A DNA stretch of 64,000 bases from an uncultured Bdellovibrionales bacterium (lineage in GTDB: Bacteria; Patescibacteriota; Minisyncoccia; Moranbacterales; UBA1568). Below are positions 1 through 9,641 of the stretch, one piece after another. The stretch covers positions 292,824 through 356,823 of the forward strand of contig CAZTBI010000001.1 in NCBI GenBank assembly GCA_964612055.1, written 5' to 3'. The notes beneath the pieces are model-generated. The model worked only from the letters and a program-made list of their open reading frames with translations, had not been told where the DNA came from and ran no database searches. Made by a program: the position numbers and the translations under genes. Numbering within the stretch: position 1 is the stretch's first letter; each line of letters starts with the position of its first letter.

Positions 1-485
1 ACTTCTTTGGCATAATCGATGAGCGTTTCACTGGAAACGATAGTTCGCTCCGGCACGGTACAGGTGATGTATTCAGCGATATGAAGAAATGTGCGGGCAA
101 AAAATCCCCATTTCTTGTGTGTGTAGTCGCGGCTATGAAATGTGGCTACTGTCCTTGCCTTTGGTTTGAAGAGTCGAGGAATCACCGAAAGGATACTGGG
201 ACCAATCGACTGATAATGAATAATATCGTACGGAGAAAAGAGCGCATGCAGCGTCGCCGCAAGCGTATGTGTGATCGCATCCAGGTGCTTGGTGTTAATA
301 CTCGGTACGTGCACCAGCTTCACTCCTTCGAATTCTTCCAGGGAGGCCGACGTATAGTGCGAGCGGACATAGACTGTCACCTCATGCCCCTGAGCCGCCA
401 AGCGCGTAGAAAGCTTCTCGACGTGCTTCTCTACACCACCAGCAATAGCCGGAATGCCCTTTTGCCCGATGAAAGCAATTTTCAT
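1..485 (-). CDS. Glycosyltransferase family 4 (N-terminal part; runs off window start)
   Basis: Not in ORF track; manual translation from ATG at 485 gives MKIAFIGQKGIPAIAGGVEKHVEKLSTRLAAQGHEVTVY..., a typical GT4 N-terminus, open to the window edge. Confidence 0.85.
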   Translation of the reverse strand, partial: MKIAFIGQKGIPAIAGGVEKHVEKLSTRLAAQGHEVTVYVRSHYTSASLEEFEGVKLVHVPSINTKHLDAITHTLAATLHALFSPYDIIHYQSIGPSILSVIPRLFKPKARTVATFHSRDYTHKKWGFFARTFLHIAEYITCTVPERTIVSSETLIDYAKE

Positions 486-526
486 AGCAAGGTATGATTA
501 AAGAGAACGCACGTCTTCTGTCTCAC

Positions 527-1483
527 TTAGAAACCACGGATCACTGGGGAGATGCCTCCAATGCGATTTGTTTCAATGCGGTTGGCATTGACGTCAGTAC
601 CATAAATGATACCACCAAAAGTATTCCAAGCATTTACTGTGCGCGCTACGCGAGCGACACCGTAACGGCCATTACCAATCAAGTCGGCTTTCTTCAAACC
701 AACGTTTCCAGCACCGCCATAAGCATTTACTTCCACGCCTTCGCGAACGTTGCTGCGGATACTGTTAGACTTCGTCCAAACTGAAGCGCCATCAAGAACA
801 GCCTTGATGCCACTGCCGCCATTACTGTTGATACGGTTATGTTCAAACCACGCTTTCATTCCAGCTGCTAAGTCAATACCGTCACTTGCGTTGTTGTGGA
901 TATCGCTATTCACCACTACCAAGTCACGACGTTCCGAGTAGATACCGGCACGTTTACTTCCCTCGATTTCGACAGAGTCAATGAGAGCACGGTGCTTTTC
1001 ATCACGAGGAGCAGAGTCAATATGGACACCATCACGATCGCTCCCCTTGATGACCACCTTGTAGATCTTGGCCTTGGCATCTTCCTCAATACGGACACCA
1101 TGACGACCCTCTTCGATTGTCAGGTAGTTCAGTTCAGTCTGATGACGCATCGTCACCGTTGGCTTGTCATCGTTATCAGAACGAATAATCACATCACCCT
1201 TATCAGCCTTGCGACCAAAAAGTTTTACTCCTTTTGGAATGGTAATGTTTTCATTGTACTTTCCCTTGGCAATATGAACATCCGTTCCTTCATCAGCATG
1301 TTTCAATGCCTCAGAAATAGTGCGATAAGGATGGAGTTCGCTTCCGGTTGGTGTTCCATCAAACTCTTCATCGACATAGATATCATCATTACCACCAAAA
1401 ACAACCACCGGCACAATGATGAAAAGTGTCAGTGCGAATCCAAGGATTACCTCGCGAGAAAGCCAAAACTTCGGGACTTGCAT
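527..1483 (-). CDS. Membrane-anchored right-handed beta-helix repeat protein (DUF1565/pectin lyase-like)
   Basis: N-terminal TM, IYVD...G.PTGSELHPYRTISEAL motif, repeated N..DGI/N..EGV coils. Start moved to ATG 1483 because the track's TTG at 1543 is the -35 box. Confidence 0.75.
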   Translation of the reverse strand: MQVPKFWLSREVILGFALTLFIIVPVVVFGGNDDIYVDEEFDGTPTGSELHPYRTISEALKHADEGTDVHIAKGKYNENITIPKGVKLFGRKADKGDVIIRSDNDDKPTVTMRHQTELNYLTIEEGRHGVRIEEDAKAKIYKVVIKGSDRDGVHIDSAPRDEKHRALIDSVEIEGSKRAGIYSERRDLVVVNSDIHNNASDGIDLAAGMKAWFEHNRINSNGGSGIKAVLDGASVWTKSNSIRSNVREGVEVNAYGGAGNVGLKKADLIGNGRYGVARVARTVNAWNTFGGIIYGTDVNANRIETNRIGGISPVIRGF

Positions 1484-1514
1484 ACGGTTTAGATCATGAA
1501 TTTTTAGACCTTTT

Positions 1515-1543
1515 ATCTTATCAAATTTTGGCATTTTTGTCAA
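1515..1543 (-). promoter_or_regulatory. Sigma70-type promoter
   Basis: TTGACA-17bp-TAAGAT with TGn extension. Confidence 0.65.
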
Positions 1544-1657
1544 CCCCAGAGTTTTGCGCTAGAATAAGAGTGTTTCCAGGCTTTTTAGAGGGATTTTTTT
1601 GATGATTTTTCCTCTTCATTTGAGAGCCTTTTTTAAACAAAAATATTCTCAATTTCT

Positions 1658-3766
1658 ATGCATCTTTCGTCGCTCTTTTCACCTCATTCCATAGCGGTTA
1701 TCGGTGCCTCAACCAAACCGGGAAGTGTGGGCAATAGCCTCACCGAAAATCTCCTGCGCTTCGGATACGCTGGCAAGGTATATCCGGTCAATCCGAAGGC
1801 TGAAACTCTTTTCGGACTCCCCTGTTACAAAAACATCACGGACCTCACGGAAGAAGTCGAACTCGCCATCATCATCATTCCTGCCGCTTTCGTTCCAGAG
1901 GCACTACGCGAAGCCGGAGAAAAAGGAGTGCGAGGAGCAATCATCATTTCCTCGGGCTTCAAAGAAACTGGCGAAAATGGAAAGGCACTGGAACTCGATA
2001 TCATCAGAATTGCCAAAGAATTCGATATTGCCCTCCTCGGTCCAAACTGCCTCGGACTGCTGCATCCAAAAATCGGTCTCAACGCCTCTTTCGCCAAGGT
2101 CATGCCAGAACCTGGCAACATTGCTTTTTTCTCACAAAGCGGTGCGCTCTGTACCGCTCTTCTCGACCTGACCTCAGAAAGTCTCGGCTTTTCTTCCTTT
2201 GTCAGTGATGGCAACAAGGCGCTCATCGGTGAAGATGAACTGCTCCGCTACTTTGCTCAAGATACCGAAACCAAGGTGATCGCTTTTTATAGCGAAGGCA
2301 TGGCCGAAGCAGAAAAAATTATCGAAGTCGGACGTGCCATCCTGTCCCGCTCGGAACCGAAACCGATCATCGCCCTCAAATCAGGCCGTACCAGCGCCGG
2401 CACAGAAGCCTCAAGCTCCCATACCGGAGCGCTGGCTGGTAGCGACGCCGCGTATCAGGCACTGTTCAAACAAGCTCGTATGATTCGTGCTGACGGTTTC
2501 GAACATCTCCTCACGCTTCTTCCTGTTTTTGCTTTTAATCCACTGCCACAGGGCAAGCGTCTCGGTATTATCACCAACGCTGGCGGTCTCGGAGTTTTGG
2601 CTACCGATGCCGCAGTCACTCACGGTCTTCTCATCGCCACTCTAACACCCCAAACCGTTGAAAAGTTAAGTGTCCTGCCAGCGGCTGCCAGCAAGCACAA
2701 TCCCGTGGATGTACTTGGCGATGCCCTCGCTGATCGTTACGCTCTTGCTATCGAGGCCGTAGCAGCAGACCCTCAGGTAGATATGCTCCTTGTTATTGTG
2801 ACCCCACAAGCTATGACAGAAGCCAAGGCTACCGCCGAAGCCATTTTTGATATCAAGAACCGCTCAGGCAAGCCTATCGTCGCTGTTTTTTCAGGTCAGG
2901 ACTCTCTCGAAGAAGGACTCTCAGTTCTCAAGGAAAAAAATATCGCTACCGTTGGTTATCCAGAAGCTGCAGCTCAAGCACTTTCAGCACTCGCAACCGT
3001 TGCTACCTGGCGCAAAGATCAACTCTCCACTCCTTTTGTTTTCAACGATGTCGATGAAGAAAGCGCCCGTGCTGTTATCGAAAAAGTAAAAGAACGGGGC
3101 CAGACAACGCTCTATGAAACAGAAGTGTGGGAAGTCCTTGCCTCCTACGGTTTTCATTTCCTCAAGAGCCAGGTAGTACGAAGTAAAGAGGAAGCGCGTG
3201 CTGCCGCCACTTCTTTTTCTGGTCCCACGGCTCTCAAGATCATCTCGCCTGACATTACCCACAAATCAGACGCCGGCGGTGTTCTTCTCGGAGCGAAGCC
3301 AGAAGAAGCTGGTGAAAAATATGCGGAACTCATAGAGCGAGTCAAAGAGCATGTCCCAGAAGCTCGTTTGGAAGGAGCGCTCATGGTGGAAATGGCATCT
3401 ACCGGTGGCTATGAGATTATTCTCGGCATGAAACACGAACCAGGTCTCGGCAAACTTGTCATGGTTGGTCTTGGTGGGATATTTGTTGAGACTTTCAAAG
3501 ACGTCGCTTTCCGTTTCGCCCCCATGAATCGTGAAGATGCCAGTGAAATGATCCATGAACTTCGCAGCCTCCCACTGCTTACGGGAACACGCGGAAAAGA
3601 CGGTATCGATATAGAAGCCCTTACTGAGGCTCTCGGACGCCTGTCACTTCTCATTGAAGATTTTCCAGAGATTGAGGAACTTGATATCAATCCCCTTCTC
3701 ACTTTCAAAGATGGCGCCGCCTTCCGTATCCTTGATGCTCGAATTCGTTTGAAAGAAAGTTCATAA
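1658..3766 (+). CDS. Acetate--CoA ligase (ADP-forming), fused alpha/beta
   Basis: SIAVIGAS, GPNCLG, SQSG, SHTGALAG (catalytic His), HKSDAGGV, ELDINPL motifs. Confidence 0.92.
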   Translation: MHLSSLFSPHSIAVIGASTKPGSVGNSLTENLLRFGYAGKVYPVNPKAETLFGLPCYKNITDLTEEVELAIIIIPAAFVPEALREAGEKGVRGAIIISSGFKETGENGKALELDIIRIAKEFDIALLGPNCLGLLHPKIGLNASFAKVMPEPGNIAFFSQSGALCTALLDLTSESLGFSSFVSDGNKALIGEDELLRYFAQDTETKVIAFYSEGMAEAEKIIEVGRAILSRSEPKPIIALKSGRTSAGTEASSSHTGALAGSDAAYQALFKQARMIRADGFEHLLTLLPVFAFNPLPQGKRLGIITNAGGLGVLATDAAVTHGLLIATLTPQTVEKLSVLPAAASKHNPVDVLGDALADRYALAIEAVAADPQVDMLLVIVTPQAMTEAKATAEAIFDIKNRSGKPIVAVFSGQDSLEEGLSVLKEKNIATVGYPEAAAQALSALATVATWRKDQLSTPFVFNDVDEESARAVIEKVKERGQTTLYETEVWEVLASYGFHFLKSQVVRSKEEARAAATSFSGPTALKIISPDITHKSDAGGVLLGAKPEEAGEKYAELIERVKEHVPEARLEGALMVEMASTGGYEIILGMKHEPGLGKLVMVGLGGIFVETFKDVAFRFAPMNREDASEMIHELRSLPLLTGTRGKDGIDIEALTEALGRLSLLIEDFPEIEELDINPLLTFKDGAAFRILDARIRLKESS

Positions 3767-3770
3767 AAGA

Positions 3771-3808
3771 AAAAGCAGCCGACTGAAGCTCAGTGGCTGC
3801 GGGTTTTT
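3771..3808. terminator. Bidirectional intrinsic terminator
   Basis: GCAGCC...GGCTGC stem with A and T runs between convergent genes. Confidence 0.55.
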
Positions 3809-3817
3809 GGAACGCCC

Positions 3818-4327
3818 TTAGGCGACGACTGTTCGCTCAGGACGCACGTACTCACCAGGAATCGACGGTGGCGTCAATTCTTCTGGTTTGGGCTTGGGAT
3901 GCGTCCGCTCGATATGCTCCTTGGCAATGGTAGCCAGAAAAGCCATGACTTCTAGTGGGGTATCGAGCGCCACAAACCAACCTTTGGAACCTTTTGACGC
4001 CATCCGATCCGACCAACACTCCACTCGGAAGTTGGCCGTGATAGCTCCCTCGAGTTCCCACTCTTGAAGCAAAACGATGCACTTGGCGCGATATGACCCA
4101 CGATCCTTCTTGCCCATTTCACGGTAAGACGCCCTCACGAGGGTTTTGAGTTCCCGCTCTTTGTTCTTGGCTTCGCTGCCACGGAGCACCTCGGGAGAGA
4201 CAAGTTCGATCGCCATATCACTCGGGGTGACGCCCTTCTTGGGTACGAAAACCTGAGCAGACGCTACCTGAGAGAAAAAACACAGTGACAAAGCCGCAAA
4301 CAAAGCGGCCGCGAGACGATGATACAC
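3818..4327 (-). CDS. Hypothetical secreted protein
   Basis: Signal peptide ending ASA-Q; GTG start preceded by GAGGAGGT (4333-4340). Confidence 0.65.
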   Translation of the reverse strand: MYHRLAAALFAALSLCFFSQVASAQVFVPKKGVTPSDMAIELVSPEVLRGSEAKNKERELKTLVRASYREMGKKDRGSYRAKCIVLLQEWELEGAITANFRVECWSDRMASKGSKGWFVALDTPLEVMAFLATIAKEHIERTHPKPKPEELTPPSIPGEYVRPERTVVA

Positions 4328-4470
4328 GGAAAACCTCCTCGGTTGATGTTTCGTTTGAAACGATTGAAAGGAACTGGGACAGGGAAAGCTGTTACACTTT
4401 GCCCCATTTTATAACGGATATTTACCCGATTTTACCATCACTCGTTCGGAAACAAAAACTTATTTTTGTT

Positions 4471-5472
4471 TCACTCACTTTGTTTGGTAATAAACTTCGC
4501 AAGATTCATGTCAAACCAAGAAGTCCGAACAACGAGTTCGTTCGTATATTTTTCTTTCAGATACGCGTAGGTCTTTTCCAGGCCTACCTCCAAACTGGTG
4601 ACTGGGTAAAATCCAAATTCTTCCTTGGCACGTCCGATGTCAAGAACGATTTTTTGCACATCGAACTGACGACGCTCCAAACGCTTAATCTTTGGAGTAC
4701 TCTCCGTCGTCTTGGCCAACATGAGCACCAGTTCAAAGAGCGACACGCCTTTACCGGTACCGACATTGTACGTCGTATTCTTGTGATTCTGATCGAAGCT
4801 TTCAGCGATAAAACGGGTCGCATCCTTCACATAGATATAATCACGGACCGTATTTCCGTAGATAGGAAGCGGCTCATTCTTGATCATATGCTTCATAAAG
4901 ATCGGGATAGCCCCTTGGATACCGTCCGGATTCTGTCGTTCGCCGTACGGATTGGCGATACGATAGATGACGAAATCAAGCCCATACTGGCGCTTGTAAA
5001 AATGGAGGTATTCCTCGATGGTCAATTTGGTCACCGCATACGGCGAAACAGGACGCGGCTGTGTCGTCTCAGAAGCCACTTCTTCAAGGCCGTTGCCATA
5101 CACAGCGCCACCAGAAGATGGGTACACGACTTTCTTGATACCATGCTTCACACACAGGTCGAGCAGCTGCAACGTACCGTCAAGATTAAGACGGATCTCC
5201 TCGTGCGGATCATTTGCTGTGGAAGCGGGTGTACTCAGTGAAACGAAATGAAAGACATAGTCGACACCTTTCAAGGCGCGCGACAAATGCCACTTATTCA
5301 GAAAATTTCCTTTGTGGAACTTGATCTTTCCTTTCAGGTGTTTCAAATTCTTGATACGCCCCTTATGGAAGCGATCAAAAACATGCACCTCAAAACCACG
5401 ATCCAAAAGGTCGTCTACGACATGACTTCCCAAGAAGCCATCACCACCGATGACGAGACACTTATTCCCCAT
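4471..5472 (-). CDS. NAD-dependent sugar epimerase/dehydratase (extended SDR)
   Basis: GGDGFLG, SSGGAVYG, YAVTK (YxxxK), RDYIYVKD. Confidence 0.9.
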   Translation of the reverse strand: MGNKCLVIGGDGFLGSHVVDDLLDRGFEVHVFDRFHKGRIKNLKHLKGKIKFHKGNFLNKWHLSRALKGVDYVFHFVSLSTPASTANDPHEEIRLNLDGTLQLLDLCVKHGIKKVVYPSSGGAVYGNGLEEVASETTQPRPVSPYAVTKLTIEEYLHFYKRQYGLDFVIYRIANPYGERQNPDGIQGAIPIFMKHMIKNEPLPIYGNTVRDYIYVKDATRFIAESFDQNHKNTTYNVGTGKGVSLFELVLMLAKTTESTPKIKRLERRQFDVQKIVLDIGRAKEEFGFYPVTSLEVGLEKTYAYLKEKYTNELVVRTSWFDMNLAKFITKQSE

Positions 5473-5504
5473 AGAAAAATGGCCAGCATTACTGTTAACT
5501 GGCC

Positions 5505-5533
5505 ATACTACACTATTTTTTCGATTTTGTCAA
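5505..5533 (-). promoter_or_regulatory. Sigma70-type promoter
   Basis: TTGACA-17bp-TAGTAT upstream of epimerase. Confidence 0.6.
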
Positions 5534-5547
5534 GTGTCTAGAAGTTC

Positions 5548-6774
5548 CTATTTTTTGGCTTGAATAAGGGAAGAATAGAGATCCAAGATCGCCTTGAGAT
5601 ACGTTTCTTTATCAAGGTCGAGGACACTCTCCCTGGCGTTCTTTTGAAGTTCTGAAAGAGAAATATGGTCCAAAAGTCGTATTTTTTCTGCTAGATCATG
5701 TGCATTCCCAGGTTCAAAGAGAAATCCGTTGTAGCCATCACGCACCCGCTCCGGCAAACTCCCTGAACAAGCTGCGATGACGGGTGTGCCAGAAGCCAGT
5801 GTTTCCAGAAGCGCATACGGCGTATTTTCATACCATTCCGATGGCACCACTACTGCCCGAGCAAGAGCCAGCAACTTCTTCAGATCATCGCCATATACCG
5901 GACCAAGAAAAGTTACTTTATCCTCGAGCTTCAGTTCCGTAGTCAGCTGTTTCAACCGCTCTTCCTCCGGTCCGAAACCGACCAAGGAAAGCGTTTCGCC
6001 ATCTTTGAGTTCCGCGAAGGCGCGGATCAGGGTCGCTATCCCCTTCTCAGCGGACAGGCGTCCGAAATACAAGAAATTCTTGCCCGTCTTTTCAGGAAGT
6101 GTTTCTGTCAGATGAGGAAGCGGCACGAGTGGCTGCGTCAAAAGTTGTATCGGGTAGGGAAAACCGAGACGCTTGAAAGTGTCGATCAAAAACTGACTGA
6201 GACCGATATAGGCATCGACTTTTCCGTATGTCCCGAAAAGCTGATGCAACCACTGTTCAAACACGCATACCAGGCTCTTGCTGAAAGAATCCTTCACACA
6301 ACGATCCGCGAGACAGCGCAGTCCGGAGTGATGCTCCCAGATCTTGCCACGCACGAAAAGACTATAATTCGGTGAAACCAGCTTATAATCACAGAGTGTC
6401 ATGACGATTGGCACGCGATGCTTCCGAAGTGCCCAGATGATCGAAGGCGAAAGCTGGTGATACGTAACAAAGAGATGCGCCACGTCCGGCTTGAATTCCT
6501 CAATCAATGCTTCGAGCTTTCGCTTCGCACTGAAATTGAAGATCATGTTCTGTGCCACTTTCAACTTCTGCCACCATGACAAATGGTTCGCCTCTTCGTA
6601 ATCTACTTCATCAACAAAGTACTTACTCCACTCTGTCGGCTCGTTCTTCGGATGGGCCATAGCAAAAAAGGCCACTTCGTGACCCTGGCTCTCGAGTAAC
6701 TTGGCCGTATCGAAATAAAGACGTTGCGGGCCAGCATACTGCCGATGGTACTTGTCGATCAAGAGAACTCGCAT
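5548..6774 (-). CDS. Glycosyltransferase family 4
   Basis: YFGRLSAEKG, PSEWYENTPYALLE (EX7E), NGFLFEPGN. Confidence 0.9.
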   Translation of the reverse strand: MRVLLIDKYHRQYAGPQRLYFDTAKLLESQGHEVAFFAMAHPKNEPTEWSKYFVDEVDYEEANHLSWWQKLKVAQNMIFNFSAKRKLEALIEEFKPDVAHLFVTYHQLSPSIIWALRKHRVPIVMTLCDYKLVSPNYSLFVRGKIWEHHSGLRCLADRCVKDSFSKSLVCVFEQWLHQLFGTYGKVDAYIGLSQFLIDTFKRLGFPYPIQLLTQPLVPLPHLTETLPEKTGKNFLYFGRLSAEKGIATLIRAFAELKDGETLSLVGFGPEEERLKQLTTELKLEDKVTFLGPVYGDDLKKLLALARAVVVPSEWYENTPYALLETLASGTPVIAACSGSLPERVRDGYNGFLFEPGNAHDLAEKIRLLDHISLSELQKNARESVLDLDKETYLKAILDLYSSLIQAKK

Positions 6775-6827
6775 TGACTTTTTGGCTTAGTAATGGCATT
6801 ATACAAGAAAGTATCACGTTTCGCAAT

Positions 6828-7490
6828 ATGATGTCACCCATCGAAAAAATCGCCTACACTATCTCTGCGAAAAGCCGTGCCAAGAAATTCTCACAATTTC
6901 TCACTCTGATTGATCCACAGCCAGATGAAACGATCGTGGATGTCGGCGTCAACACCACCGAATACTCTGCCACTGACAACTATCTCGAAAAGTTCTATTC
7001 TTATCCAGAAAAAATTACCGCCATCGGAACAGGAACTGATGGTGATTTCACCCTTTTTCGTGAACGCTACCCGAAAGTCGCAACTGCCATAGGTGACGGG
7101 CGAACTCTTTCTTTTGCTGACAATACTTTTGATATTGCCTATTCCAATGCCGTCATCGAGCACGTCGGGAACTTCGATGACCAGCGTCGTTTCCTCTCAG
7201 AGCTCTTCCGTGTCAGTCGTCGTGGTTACCTCACCACTCCCAATCGTCACTTCCCTATCGAACTCCATACCCGCATTCCCCTGCTCCACCTCCTTCTTTC
7301 CAAAAAGAATTTCGATGCCTTCGTCACCAAGATCGGCAAAGGCTGGGCAGCCGGCGACTACATGTCCCTCCTCTCTGAAAATGACCTCCGCAGGCTTTTC
7401 CAGGAAGTTGGTATCAGTAACTATACCCTCATCAAAAACCGCTTCTGTGGCCTCCCTATGACTTTTACCTTGATCTGGCACAAAGACTAG
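6828..7490 (+). CDS. Class I SAM-dependent methyltransferase
   Basis: IVDVG, GDGRTLSFADNTFD, SNAVIEHV, TTPNRHFPIE; start moved to ATG 6828. Confidence 0.85.
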   Translation: MMSPIEKIAYTISAKSRAKKFSQFLTLIDPQPDETIVDVGVNTTEYSATDNYLEKFYSYPEKITAIGTGTDGDFTLFRERYPKVATAIGDGRTLSFADNTFDIAYSNAVIEHVGNFDDQRRFLSELFRVSRRGYLTTPNRHFPIELHTRIPLLHLLLSKKNFDAFVTKIGKGWAAGDYMSLLSENDLRRLFQEVGISNYTLIKNRFCGLPMTFTLIWHKD

Positions 7491-7491
7491 T

Positions 7492-8859
7492 ATGCGCACC
7501 CTCACAAACAACCCTCTCCACGAACCTCTCCTCTGGATCTTCCTCTGCGCCCTCGCGGCATTTGGCGTGACCCTGACTACGATTTTGCATATGCCCCTCT
7601 TCCTTCCCTTCCTCCTGGCAGGCGGTATTCTCGCACTCATCCTCCTGTTTCAAGCGCCGATTCTTCTTTTGTTTGGACTGATTATTGTGCGCATGTCACT
7701 CGACTACTCATCTCAGTATGCCAGTTTCACGCTCTACAATATCACTCTTACTCTGTCGCAGCTTCTGGGAGTCGGTATCGCCTTACTCGGTTTCATGATT
7801 CTTATTTTGAAACGAAAAGCGCTCCCTGCATTTCCCCTAACTATACCGTTTCTTCTTCTTTTTCTCTGGGGCGGGATGACTCTTTTTTACTCGCTCTATC
7901 CAAAAGTGACACTGCAAGAGCTCCTTCGCATCTTCGATCTTTTCGCGCTCAGTTTCCTCGCCTACGTCACCATCAACACAACGAAAGATTTCAAGCAACT
8001 CCTTCAGGCGTTTTTCATTTCCAGTATCCTCCCTATCCTCTTCGGTCTCTACCAATTCGCTTTCCACATCGGACTCTCAGATGAAAACGTTTCGCTCCTC
8101 CGTATCTTCGGCACCTTCAGTCATCCAAACGTCTACAGCCTCTACCTCTACGCCATGATCGTTTTTGGCAGCCTCTACCTCCTCCTCTTTGCAGAAAAAG
8201 GCTTACGTCGCATTATTATGCTCGGTGTTTTGGGGATCTTTTCAACCATGCTGCTTCTCACCTTTGCCCGAGTAGCCTGGATCGCTCTCTTTCTCTTCGT
8301 TTTCCTCGTTGCCCTCTTCCGCTACCGCCTCCTCTTGTTTCCGCTCTTTCTTTTTCCCTTTGTTCTCTTTGTTTTTTCTCAGAGTTTTCACAACCGCGTA
8401 ATCGAAAGTTTCCAACCTGATCCAGATAGCTCCCTGGTGTGGCGTCAAACCCTGTGGCAGGATGTCACGCGTTATTCCATCCAGGAAGAACACATGCTCC
8501 TTGGTTCCGGCATGGATACTTTCCCAAAGATATCTGAGAGTGTCCGCGGTACCAGCCATGGCCCAAACGATCCTCACAACGACTTCGTGAAACTCTTTGT
8601 CGAAGGCGGCATCGTTGGTCTCAGTATTTTCATCCTCTATCTTTTTTCTCTCGGATACTTATTAATAAAAAAATATCGTGAGAGTCGGAAAGAAAGTGCT
8701 CTGAAGCTTGCCTTTGGTATCCTCTTTATTTTCTTCCTCACCCTAGAGCTCTCTGCTCTCACGGACAATATCTTCAAAAACACTCCCGTTCAGTGGCTTT
8801 TCTTCATCGCCTTTGGTGCTCTCCTCTCACTTTCTGATCAAAAAGAGAAGCTCGCTTAG
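7492..8859 (+). CDS. O-antigen ligase/Wzy family protein
   Basis: Multi-TM; R.FGTF.HPN, TFAR.AW, G.G...F, PHND motifs. Confidence 0.85.
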   Translation: MRTLTNNPLHEPLLWIFLCALAAFGVTLTTILHMPLFLPFLLAGGILALILLFQAPILLLFGLIIVRMSLDYSSQYASFTLYNITLTLSQLLGVGIALLGFMILILKRKALPAFPLTIPFLLLFLWGGMTLFYSLYPKVTLQELLRIFDLFALSFLAYVTINTTKDFKQLLQAFFISSILPILFGLYQFAFHIGLSDENVSLLRIFGTFSHPNVYSLYLYAMIVFGSLYLLLFAEKGLRRIIMLGVLGIFSTMLLLTFARVAWIALFLFVFLVALFRYRLLLFPLFLFPFVLFVFSQSFHNRVIESFQPDPDSSLVWRQTLWQDVTRYSIQEEHMLLGSGMDTFPKISESVRGTSHGPNDPHNDFVKLFVEGGIVGLSIFILYLFSLGYLLIKKYRESRKESALKLAFGILFIFFLTLELSALTDNIFKNTPVQWLFFIAFGALLSLSDQKEKLA

Positions 8860-8881
8860 TATAAATTTTGAGATAAAAAAG

Positions 8882-8907
8882 AAGGGTTTCCTGTGAGGGA
8901 AACCCTT
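8882..8907. terminator. Bidirectional intrinsic terminator
   Basis: AAGGGTTTCC/GGAAACCCTT stem between convergent genes. Confidence 0.65.
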
Positions 8908-8933
8908 TTATGTGCGACTGTGTCGCAAGCTCT

Positions 8934-9398
8934 TCAGCAGCCGGAGATGGCGATGTTGCGCGCCTCCATCGGACCTGTCGCACCTTGCAGGCCGATCCGA
9001 ACCACGACGCGATCAGCATCTGACGAGATGTGCCAAGTGCGGTTCACGGTACGCCAGTTCGGAGACGGATCCGCCAGGTAATCCACCGGGTAATGAGACC
9101 TGCCACCCTGGCGCATCTCGTAATCGACATGGACACCATGGAATGGAGCGGTGCCAGCTTGGATCCCTTTCGGCGTGCGGTACTCGACCGAGAGCGACAA
9201 CTTCTTGCCGAAGCAGCTCTTCGGAACGACGTACGTCACCGCTGACATGTCGTTCCAATCCAAGACACCGTAGATGGTGTAGACCTGGCCGGTACGGTTG
9301 ACAGCACCCATGACGCCCCAAGGCGACGCTGGTGCGGTGGCGCATGCTCCGAGCAGGACGCCCAAGCAGAGCGCGAATGCGCGAATCAAATAGAACAT
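8934..9398 (-). CDS. Hypothetical lipoprotein with possible carbohydrate-binding-module-like fold
   Basis: Lipobox LLGA-C; SD AGAGGAG; beta-rich body W.TV...W.I..DA..VVVRIGLQGATG. Confidence 0.65.
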   Translation of the reverse strand: MFYLIRAFALCLGVLLGACATAPASPWGVMGAVNRTGQVYTIYGVLDWNDMSAVTYVVPKSCFGKKLSLSVEYRTPKGIQAGTAPFHGVHVDYEMRQGGRSHYPVDYLADPSPNWRTVNRTWHISSDADRVVVRIGLQGATGPMEARNIAISGC

Positions 9399-9453
9399 GA
9401 CGCTCTCCTCTCAAGAACTGGTTTGTCAGTGCGAGATTGCAACATGACTTGAT

Positions 9454-9482
9454 ACTGTACTCTCTTTCCCTCTTTCTGTCAA
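9454..9482 (-). promoter_or_regulatory. Sigma70-type promoter
   Basis: TTGACA-17bp-TACAGT. Confidence 0.55.
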
Positions 9483-9641
9483 CCCTGTGTAATTCACCGA
9501 AGGTGAGCCGGCAACGATTACACAGGGTCAAGAGGTTTTTTGGATAAAAAAAGAGGGTTTCGAACGTTGCCTAAGCATTGCTCGAAACCCTTTTTGGAGA
9601 CCGCGTTCAGTGAACGCGGAACCCGTGTCGGCCTGGCCGAC

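Noticed and set aside
81-497. Plus-strand 138-aa ORF
   Set aside because: Shadow of the minus-strand GT4 gene, which has clear motifs
4285-5241. Long antisense ORFs (also 9540-10445, 11687-12625, 21652-22524, 44885-46078)
   Set aside because: Antisense shadows of well-supported genes; no motifs or start signals
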